From positions 1-64,000 of the IMG/VR virus record IMGVR_UViG_3300032327_000953: 64,000 nucleotides of DNA. One strand, written 5' to 3'. Each line of letters starts with the position of its first letter. The stretch's first letter is position 1. The DNA comes from a virus. Lineage: Duplodnaviria; Caudoviricetes. The notes under the pieces were generated by a model. It was not told the DNA's origin and did no database searches. It was given only the letters and a program-made list of their open reading frames with translations. Made by a program: the position numbers and the translations under genes. This document shows, one piece after another, positions 1-9,400 of this stretch.

Positions 1-2
1 TA

Positions 3-470
3 GCTATCAATATAGAAGATAATCCTCAATCCAAGTTTACTGTGGACATGATCAATAAGCTTAGCGACTCTGCTCCATATATGGATCATATTCTATTTAA
101 TAGCTACTATCAGTTTTTACCTAAAGAAAGCAATAGATTTGCCACTATGCATATTAATGAGGCAAAATACTTTACGGGACCATTGGTGGCTTTTTCATTA
201 AAAGATGCTTTATTCTTAAAGCAATGTATCTCTAATAAGAAGATCTTTTTCATGATAGAACCAGAGTGGATGAAAAGTATTCATGTTGAATCAGAGAATT
301 ATGAAAATATGAAGTTGATGCAGTATGCTACACTTAGAGATATTTATGTAGATTCGATAGACATTTTATGTACCAATAATCCAGATTTAAAAAATATCGT
401 AGATATTGCCTGGAAAGAATCGGTTTTAGTCCCTGACTCAGAGTGTGAGAAATTATATGAGTACCTATGA
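3..470 (+). CDS. 5'-truncated hypothetical protein, possibly a GT-B (glycosyltransferase-like) Rossmann domain
   Basis: The frame is open from base 3 (AINIEDNPQSKFTVDM...), so the gene starts before the window. The segments YFTGPLVAFSL..FFMIEPEW..Y...ILCTNN..IV..W resemble phage GT-B-like N-terminal domains; by-eye match only. Confidence 0.4.
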   Translation, partial: AINIEDNPQSKFTVDMINKLSDSAPYMDHILFNSYYQFLPKESNRFATMHINEAKYFTGPLVAFSLKDALFLKQCISNKKIFFMIEPEWMKSIHVESENYENMKLMQYATLRDIYVDSIDILCTNNPDLKNIVDIAWKESVLVPDSECEKLYEYL

Positions 471-1245
471 TTATAGTGGTCTTTCTGATGATCAAAAGAA
501 AAGCCTAATCAATAATATGTATGTTCAGAAAAAGATGAGTTTGGGAGATATTGCCAAAGAATTAAATACATATCCTAATAAAATACGCAGGGATGCACAG
601 AAGTATAAGATAGAGCTTAGAGATAAGAGCAAAGCACAAAAGAACGCTCTTAAAACAGGCAAGCATAAGCATCCCACAAAGGGAACCAAAAGAGATGCCG
701 AAACAGCAAATAAAATTGGTTTGAGCGTTATGCAAAACTGGGCCAATCTTGATAGTGACGATAAATTGAAAAGAATTAAGAAAGCTAAAAAACTTTGGGA
801 AGAAATGTCGGATGAACAAAAGACATACATGCAAAAGCTAGCTATAGAAGCTGTTAGAAAAACCAGCAAAGAAGGATCCAAGTTAGAAAAATTTATACTA
901 AATGGACTACTGCAAAATGGTTATAAGGTTGACTTTCATAAAGAGCAATTGTTGTCAAATACTAAATTGCAGCTCGACATTTTTCTGCCAGTCCATAACA
1001 TAGCTATAGAGATCGATGGTCCATCGCATTTTGCTCCAGTTTGGGGAGATGATGCGCTGGCGAGAAATCAGGATTATGATCAAAAGAAAGCTGGTCTCTT
1101 AATAGGAAAAGGAATTAAATTAATAAGAATCAAACAAGAGCATGATTTTTCAATAGCAAGATCAAATCTAATTCTTAATAGTTTACTGGAAGCAATTAAC
1201 AAAATAAATCAGGACAATAGCACTTTCATAGAAATAGGAGATTGA
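445..1245 (+). CDS. Free-standing endonuclease: N-terminal HTH, NUMOD3-like motif and C-terminal Vsr/DUF559 (EDxHD-type) nuclease; homing-endonuclease-like
   Basis: HTH-like SLGDIAKELNTYPNKIRR; NUMOD3-like HPTKGTKRDAETANKI; nuclease core SKLEKFI...LDIFLPVHNIAIEIDGPSH...D..K...L...GIKLIRI. The likely true start is ATG 457, after GAGA at 447-450. Confidence 0.7.
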   Translation: MRNYMSTYDYSGLSDDQKKSLINNMYVQKKMSLGDIAKELNTYPNKIRRDAQKYKIELRDKSKAQKNALKTGKHKHPTKGTKRDAETANKIGLSVMQNWANLDSDDKLKRIKKAKKLWEEMSDEQKTYMQKLAIEAVRKTSKEGSKLEKFILNGLLQNGYKVDFHKEQLLSNTKLQLDIFLPVHNIAIEIDGPSHFAPVWGDDALARNQDYDQKKAGLLIGKGIKLIRIKQEHDFSIARSNLILNSLLEAINKINQDNSTFIEIGD

Positions 1246-1985
1246 AGATGATGGCTAAAGCCAAAGGACAAGTTGATGCTCAGGTAACAGAGGAAGTAAA
1301 AGAAGTTAAGATTCCAACCACTCATGATTTAGAGTGGACAGACCATGTGTTAAAATTGTTATGTGATGATGAGAAGATAAGTGGTAATCCAACTACTGAT
1401 GGTTTAAGGCGCATTTTTGAAATAGCCCTTAATTGTAGATTAATATCGTCAACATCCTCGGTTGTTCAAGCTCCAAGTCCAGATAACGAAAAAAGAGCGA
1501 CCGTTATTCACTCTTTGACCTATCGTTTAAATCCTGGTACTCCAGACCCAGAAGGTTTAAATCTTTTGACTGTGGATGGGTCTGCTGACGTTTATTGGGG
1601 AAACTGCGACAAGGTATATAGAAATCATCCCGTTGCCGTAGCCGAAACCAGAGCAGAAGGAAGAGCTTTAAGAAGAGCATTAAAATTACGAAAAGTTGTT
1701 GCAGCAGAAGAGATCTCATCTATTATAGAGGATAATCCGGATGGCGATAGTGTCTCTAGAATTACATCCAACCAGATTAATTTTATTGACGTTATCGCAA
1801 AAAGGATCGATATTAATCCATTGAAATTGTTTGAGACTCTTGGCATTGAAGAAAAAAATGTCAAGAATATTGATCATGATCGTGGAGTGGAGATTATTAG
1901 AGAGCTTTCTAAATATCAACAAAGTGTCGATACTATTCCGGCTGATTTGAAGGGCTATTCAGACACATGGAAAGGTAACATATGA
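1242..1985 (+). CDS. Putative Rad52/Sak-like single-strand annealing protein
   Basis: GSADV...HPVAVAETRAEGRALRRAL matches the AET(S/R)A.GRAL helix of Rad52-like phage annealing proteins. SD AGGAG at 1236-1240 points to ATG 1248 as the start. Confidence 0.55.
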   Translation: MKMMAKAKGQVDAQVTEEVKEVKIPTTHDLEWTDHVLKLLCDDEKISGNPTTDGLRRIFEIALNCRLISSTSSVVQAPSPDNEKRATVIHSLTYRLNPGTPDPEGLNLLTVDGSADVYWGNCDKVYRNHPVAVAETRAEGRALRRALKLRKVVAAEEISSIIEDNPDGDSVSRITSNQINFIDVIAKRIDINPLKLFETLGIEEKNVKNIDHDRGVEIIRELSKYQQSVDTIPADLKGYSDTWKGNI

Positions 1986-2323
1986 AACTAAGATATAAGG
2001 TTGGTGATAGGTTAGAATTTGAACTAGACGGAGCTGGTCAAAAGGAAGTTTTTAAGGAACTTGCTGCTATTCAAGAAATTTTTGGCGAGGAATCTTGTGG
2101 TCTTTGCAAAAGCAAAAATCTAAAGTTCATTGTTAGAAATGTTGAAGGCAATGACTACTTTGAAATTAGGTGTGGGGATTGTGGGGCCATATTATCTTTT
2201 GGTCAACACAAGAAGGGTGGAACTCTATTTCCCAAGAGGAAAGATGACGAAGGGAACTATCTGCCTAATAGGGGGTGGCATAAGTGGACAAAGGACGAAA
2301 AGACCGAGGATAAAAAGAAGTGA
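1982..2323 (+). CDS. Small Zn-ribbon protein (CxxC...CxxC), translationally coupled to the annealing protein
   Basis: CGLC and CGDC pairs; basic and aromatic C-terminus (LFPKRK...RGWHKW); ATGA overlap at 1982-1985. Confidence 0.65.
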   Translation: MKLRYKVGDRLEFELDGAGQKEVFKELAAIQEIFGEESCGLCKSKNLKFIVRNVEGNDYFEIRCGDCGAILSFGQHKKGGTLFPKRKDDEGNYLPNRGWHKWTKDEKTEDKKK

Positions 2324-3021
2324 TATTAGACGATATCTATGTAATATCAGATAAAACTTCTGATAGATTCAAAGATTTACAGAACGAGCTAGATTATCTG
2401 GCTCGTTTTGTTATTTCTAAGGACAATATTCATTATGTTTATGAGTATGAAGAATCCGATATGGATGAGAAGTACTATGAGCAGTATGCAACATTACCTA
2501 TCGATAGAATGTTCTCTATAGGATGGGGAAAAAATGCCCCAATTATACCAAGGGCTTTATCTGTATGTTTAAATCATTTATATTGTTTGAGTTCCATCAA
2601 AAATAACAATAAAAATAGATGGTCATTAATATGTGAAGATGATATATTCATAGAGAATAAAGAAAATTTTAATGATCAGTTTAATCATACGATATCCAAC
2701 GCTCCACAAGATGCTGATATTTTATGGATATCTTCTGGGAAAAAACATCTAGAATGTACATATAGAAATGTTTGTGGTTATGATAGTCCCAAGGATTTAA
2801 TGACAGTTAATGAAAACTTTATGGAGGTTCCAAAATCCAGATACGCCGACTGCATATTACTTAGAAGCCAGCTAGCAGGACTATTGGAACAAAAATTCCT
2901 CGAATACAAAATAGGAACCCCTATAGACTGGGAATACAACTATATTCTGCATAACAATCCAAATATTAAGTCTTATTGGTTAAGTCCAGCTATTATAAGA
3001 CAGAATCCTAAGTATCTTTAA
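2320..3021 (+). CDS. Glycosyltransferase, GT25 (Lex2B-like) family
   Basis: SVCLNHL..L (GC.LSH-like), LICEDD acidic motif, DADILW, PIDW, PAIIRQ in the order typical of GT25 enzymes. GTGA overlap with the upstream gene. Confidence 0.7.
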   Translation: MILDDIYVISDKTSDRFKDLQNELDYLARFVISKDNIHYVYEYEESDMDEKYYEQYATLPIDRMFSIGWGKNAPIIPRALSVCLNHLYCLSSIKNNNKNRWSLICEDDIFIENKENFNDQFNHTISNAPQDADILWISSGKKHLECTYRNVCGYDSPKDLMTVNENFMEVPKSRYADCILLRSQLAGLLEQKFLEYKIGTPIDWEYNYILHNNPNIKSYWLSPAIIRQNPKYL

Positions 3022-3428
3022 AGACTAGCTTTCCATTTACCTATTGGACAGCTTTGATCTTTCCATGCTAATTTATTCATGTAAATTTGATCTCTAACTA
3101 AATAGCATCCACACTTCTCACAAGTGTTATTCTTATAGAATTCACAAGAGTTGCATATTCTAAATCTATCTTCTATTTCTTCAATAGAGCATTTTTTCAG
3201 ATCGTCTATTTTTTGAGATTCTGGATCTATTTTTGGTTCATCATTTTGATTAATATTTGTTATTCTAATACCATATTCTTCTGGATTATATTCAGTTACT
3301 TTTGAATAGCAGATCATAGTAGGATAACCAGAACCCTCAAAATTAGCTATTGTGGTTCCGCAAGTTCTACATTTGTATTGATAATCATTCATTCTTATAA
3401 AATCACAAGTCATATCATATAGATTCAT
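3018..3428 (-). CDS. Cys-rich small protein, last gene of the tail cluster (DUF6171-like C-terminal motif)
   Basis: C-terminal R..IC..CE.....C..CGC......K......CP.GKW and an N-terminal CDF...CRTC...C. Its ATG directly follows the TAA of the upstream gene. Confidence 0.7.
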   Translation of the reverse strand: MNLYDMTCDFIRMNDYQYKCRTCGTTIANFEGSGYPTMICYSKVTEYNPEEYGIRITNINQNDEPKIDPESQKIDDLKKCSIEEIEDRFRICNSCEFYKNNTCEKCGCYLVRDQIYMNKLAWKDQSCPIGKWKASL

Positions 3429-6400
3429 TTATATGGTCCTTTCCTTATTGAATATGCTAGTATCGTCATAGTCATATGGTATCCACTTATAATGATTCTG
3501 TTGCAAATAAAGCCTTTGGTCATATGTGTCTTGCATGGAAATTTTTTGCCTTTCACCAAACCATGCCCTAAATATCATCTCATTTAGTACTTGATAAAAT
3601 GGTGGAGTTGTTGTTAGTGTTTTCTTATTGTAAATATTATATAGATTTGTCTTATGGCATTCCCATGTATATAGTTGACTTTGATTCACTATATTAGTTC
3701 CTAATGTTAATTGGAAATCCGTAGGAATTTTTCTTGGTAGATACTTGAATTTAATATCAATATCGTTACTCTCTGCAAATAAACCACTAGCAGATACATA
3801 GGTATGAGTACCTACTGGTACTTGGTAAACTTGAGTTACTTCTACTCTAACCATACTATCATTTTTAGCTTCTCCACAACCCATATAAAAAGTTTGTTGA
3901 GATTGTCTTTCTTCATAAGTTATTCCAGGCGCTCTTGGTGTTTCTTCATCTGGTAGTTTATATATTAGTTCACTAGAGTTTGCATTCTCATTATTCATAT
4001 TAGGCCATACAGGACCAACCATTTGGGTATTACAGATATTACTACAGAATGAATAACTACCTTTAGAATGAAAACACTTCTGAATAACAGCAACTGGAAT
4101 CTTTGATGAAGAACTTAAAACACCGCTAACATTATCCGGTATACTAATCCAATAATAATTATTATCATAAACTACATTGGTCTTATTATTAAAGATATTC
4201 TCTACCTGTAAATATCCTGCTGCTGGTCCCAATCCTGTTGAAGAAACTATGTCATTAGATAGCAAGTCTCTATCTAAAATTCCAGTAGCTAATGTAAGAT
4301 CATAAAATGGTAAATAAAACTCAGAAATATTCTTGTTTGTGCTATAATGTTGAAATTGTTCTTTGCCATCTATGTCTAGTGCTCTTCTGTTAGTTTCAGC
4401 AATACTAAAAATATTATGAGCATAGATTCTATCTGGAATTATATTTAATGGTCGTGGATATCCAGTAAATGATATAAAGTCATCCTCTCTACTGGTTGTA
4501 TAAGGATGTTTAGGCATATTTTCGTATGTTTGCCTTGGATTAAATTTTATACTAGCAATATGTGTTCTTGTTTGATCAAAATCTTTGGTGAATTTAATTT
4601 TCCCACAGAAATTTGTTTTGCTAAAATGATAGTCTAAATCTAGTAGTGTTGGATATTTTTCTTGATTTCCAATTACTGGAATAGAGTCTGGTTTTAATAA
4701 ATTGGTTCCCCATCCTAATCCACCTTCAGCAAACATCTGATCATATATGTATGATGATGTAAAGTTTCCAAAAGAACGATCCCTAACATTAGACCACTTG
4801 CCAAACTTGACATATTCAGGATCATTTCCAAAACTAAACCCTAACCCATCAGCATTACTCACAAAAGCTGGAGTCTCATCATTTCTTCTATAATTAATAC
4901 TACCCGAAGTAGCTAGGCCAGCATTAGTTAAAATAGGATCAAATAATAGGAAAGACCTTGAGTGGGATTCTTCATTCTTATATATGCATCCTCCAAGGAA
5001 AGTTTTCTTTTCCAAATCTATGTATGTATCTAGTTCAATGATAACTTGTGATATATAAATCTCTTTAGGATTTGTATTTTCTTCAAGAAAAGAATCTGGA
5101 TATATTGCTGGAGGATCAATGAAACTAATGTCCGTTGTGGTGGGATCTTGAATTTTTAAATTAGACTTAATATACTGTGAATTTTTTATTTTTTTGATAT
5201 AGATATTTTTTATTTTTACTGGTTCTTTATAGCTGGTAATATAATTACCTTCATATTGTGTTATGCATGGATGACATCTTTCGGATGGAGTCCCAGAATG
5301 GTCATGTAATTTATACATCAACTCTATTGTTTCGTCTTTCATGAAAGAATAAAATGCTCGTACCCCATCTAAACTAATAATAGTAGTATTACTATCCTCA
5401 TCACTACTAACAAAACTGATATTATAATCAAACCCAGGATACTTCAGCGGTTCGATATAGTTTAATTCTCCGGTTGGCGATGGACCATCCACATATTTAC
5501 TATCTTTTAGATATGTGAATTTAGTATTTTCTAAAGCTGGAGATGAATATGATGAATATCTAAAAATATCAGCTTCAACATTGTACCATAATCCAGAATG
5601 CTTTACTTCTATTTGTATTTTACCTGGTTGCCCAAATGGCTTATCATCGTATAAAGAGATATTCTGAGATCCTCCGAAACCTAATTTTAAAGCTCCAGCA
5701 GTTGTTCCTTCTATCTGAAGATATCCTTTATTTTCCATATACCTATTTATTTTTTCTCTTCTAGAAGCACCAAAGTATAGTGGGCTTGGAAAAAAAGCAC
5801 CAGTCAAAAAGCCCAAATCCCAACCATAACCCTGAGACTGTAAATCTGTGGCGATTGCCATGTATGTTAACAAACCAACTAGGGATGGATGAAATGGTGG
5901 AATAAATATTGGTGGTGGTGGAAATTCTGGTAGTATTGTTTCTCTTGGTCTTGGGGGATCTGGCTCAGGTAAACAACCAAGTTGGATTGCATAATTGGAT
6001 CCAACATTAGTCTTTGGATATTCTTGGTTGATTGTATTATGTGGGGCATCTATATTTATTGGTGGCAGAAAATGTAATTTATTTCTAAAGTTAGCAATGA
6101 AGTTATAACCACTAGAATATGGGATGTTGAAAGTTTCATTATTATATGCAAAACGATTATAGATATATGACTGAGTATAACCCTGTACCGGACATCCTGT
6201 ACAAACTTGCAAGTCAAAACATGAGCCTCCATCATCTTCTGCACCCATGTCTGATATTTGCAGACCCCACTTTTTACCAACCTCGCTACTTTCTGTACCA
6301 ACATAAGCTGGAGCGTCAGGATCTGGTATTGGTATTCCATCGCCATTATCAATACTTGGTGGAAATTCACCAGCATAATTCCAAAAACCTCTATAAAGAC

Positions 6401-9400
6401 CACTGGTACCTATATAATAATCAAGAGATTGAGCAGGTAGAATGAAGTCGTTGCTGAAGGCATATGTACTAGGTTGTTTAGAAAAATTACTAAAAATAGC
6501 ATTAAAGTTACTACTATAATTCAAAAGTGTAGAATGGAACAAAATATTTCTTGGAATAGTTCTTTCTTTAGTCTGCCACGATCCTAACCAAGCATTCTTT
6601 TCTTTTATTAATTGTAATTGGATTTTTTTAGCATAATTTGGGTCTTCATTAGCTACTGGATTTAATAGTAATTTATTAAGATATGATGCTACTATATTAT
6701 ATGCTATCCATCTTTGTTCTAAAGAATCAAAAACACCAGCTTTAATTTCTTTTGGTACTGGATGAGTCAGATTCTTCATCGTAGCAGCCAAATAGGTTAT
6801 GAAGTTAATGTCCTCATCAAGTTCAACCGTTAAAATATTAGGTAATCCAGGAGTATCTCTTTGTGGATCGTGGTATGTCTCCATTGGGTCTCTTATAATT
6901 AGCTTGTAGTCTGAGTTTGTATTTACTTTGCTGCCAGCTTTAGCAGCATCTTCGGCTTTGGTTAGTTGTAATTCATTAAAAACTATACCTTGTCCTTTGT
7001 ATGTTTTACATGGTGAATCGGTCTCATCTTTGACAGCAGTTCTACCACGAAGAGGTTCTGGCAATAATGTATAGTCTATCCATCCTTTATTGGGATGAAA
7101 AAATCCTTTTCTAAATGTTACTTGATTATTAAAATTAGTTGGTGTTAAGAAACATTTCACTAAAGATTTATCTCTTAAAGAACCAACATTTAGCTGTCGT
7201 GCTCTAAGAGCTAGTTGTTGTGGATCTTGAACATAATAGAATGAATTTTTAGCAGTTTCTGGTAAAATATTATCTGATGTAATATTGTATATTGGATATT
7301 CTTCTGTTGGAGTTAAGGTATCTATTGGTCTTGGATGACCCAGAATAGAAATTCCTAATTGTGCTATATGATCTGCTCTATGTCCTCCGTATGCAACTAT
7401 TGGTGGTGCTGTTCTGGTAGTTAATAAATGTGATGATTCATTAAATTCATATCCTATAATGGTATCATAAACTCTAGTTTCATCTCCAAAGTATGGAGTT
7501 TTATTTGGAAATTGACGACAATTACCATTCTCTAAAATATTGTCTCTTAATTTTTCTATTTTTATAGAGTACAATTCTATAGTTGTTGCAGTTCCACATT
7601 CAAATTCTATAGTTATTTTTTTCTTATTTTGAGGTCTTGTTCTTGATTTTATTAATGATGATTGAGGTAGAAAGTATTGAGCATCCCTAATACCAACAGG
7701 CCCAGTACGTGTACTCCAAAATTTACTCTTGCCAATAGTAATAAGTGAAATATCAGAGAAATAAAATCCTCCTAATCTATGCATATAGACTTCTTTGATA
7801 TTTGGAAAAACAGAACCAGTATTACGTAAAGACATGTCAGAAAATCTCTGCTCAACAAAACTCATTGTATTTTGAAAAGGAGCATTGTTTCTAGTATAAC
7901 TATCAAGAGTACGACTATAAAATCTTATAGAGTTATCAAATGTTTGATTTTCTTGATATGATTGATTTCTTAAAAGTTTAAAAGATGGACTATTATTATC
8001 TTGGAATAATATATCATAATAATCTGCCGCACCATCTTGTACTAAAACGCTCTTTTCAAGATTGTATTTTTGTCTAAAAAGTTGAGCTATACCAAATTTT
8101 TCATAAACACTCTTAATTGTTTGATTGTAATATTCTTTAGAAGTATCCACAGTATCTAAAGATGACATAACGTAAATTTCTGTATTATTAGTGTCTGTAT
8201 CATCAATATCAACATATCTTAAAACTATGGCTTCTCTTTCTCCTGGTCTCAAAGCATTCTCGTCTGGTAATTTTAATCTAGTATAAAGTTCTAATCCACA
8301 AGCATTTATTCTTTGTTTATACCAAATACCACCGGCATTAGCAGCAGTTGTTCCTAGTGTTCTTTTATCTTGAAAATCTAGGACCATTCTTAGATGTGGT
8401 TCATCAATAGTGAACTTAGAGACTAATTTGCTTTTTTTATCTTTTGGAAATTCAATATAACGATTTCTTTGGTTACTTTTTAATAGTGCTAATAATAACT
8501 CTTTTTTTGTTTGTATTATATTATTGCTAAAACTATGAGTTAATTCATTTTGAGATAGTATATTTGCTATATATGGAATATTCATTGGACTAACATTTGT
8601 AGATGACTGTCCTACAACTATTCCTTCAAGTGGCTTTGGCGTGGCTGGTGGGGTTGTTGGCGGAGTGATTATTGGAAAATTATTACCAAAAATATTTTCT
8701 AAATCTGTTTTTAGTGTTGTAATATCTACATAGTTATAAAAGTTTAATTTATCCAGATTAATTCTATTTGGATTAACAAAAACATCAGCACCAACTGGAG
8801 ATGTACATAAAAATCTTGCTAAATTTTTAACAGCTATATAATCTAGTTGATTCTGTTGATCCAGATAAATTCCAGGAACCATTGATCCTTCTTCGTCACC
8901 AAGGTCAATATTTGCTGTTGTTTGCTGTTTAGAAAATAAATCTTGTAATGTATGATTATTCTCAAAATTTAATAATTTATTGAGTATATTACTATATCTA
9001 TCTAGATCGTTTGTAGAAAGTTTGGTTCTTGGATAACTAAAGTTAGAAATCTTGGTGGGGTCGGTACCTCTTTTATTCCATGCTTCCATATCAAATGTAC
9101 TATTAAAATAACAGTAAAATTTATCTTCTGGTATATAAATATCTAAACCATTAATAAATCTTTTTTCTCCAAGACAAACCCAATAGGATTCATTAACTAT
9201 GTATATAAATTCTTTATTGCTTGATGATTCTTTAATTAAAACCTTATCTCCAACAGATAGCCCAGAATGAAGTCCAAAACGCTCTATATTAACTACTTGA
9301 TTATTTTTTGAATAAGTATAATTTTCATATTGTTCTTTATAAGATATACCATCATAAACAAATGATGGAAGAGGTCCACTTACCACAGATTCTGGACCAT

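Noticed and set aside
5900-6445. Short overlapping ORFs within the 2,230-aa gene (6056-6403, 6146-6445, 6258-6440)
   Set aside because: They are alternate-frame or antisense ORFs with no RBS or recognisable motif; the locally higher GC reduces stop frequency.
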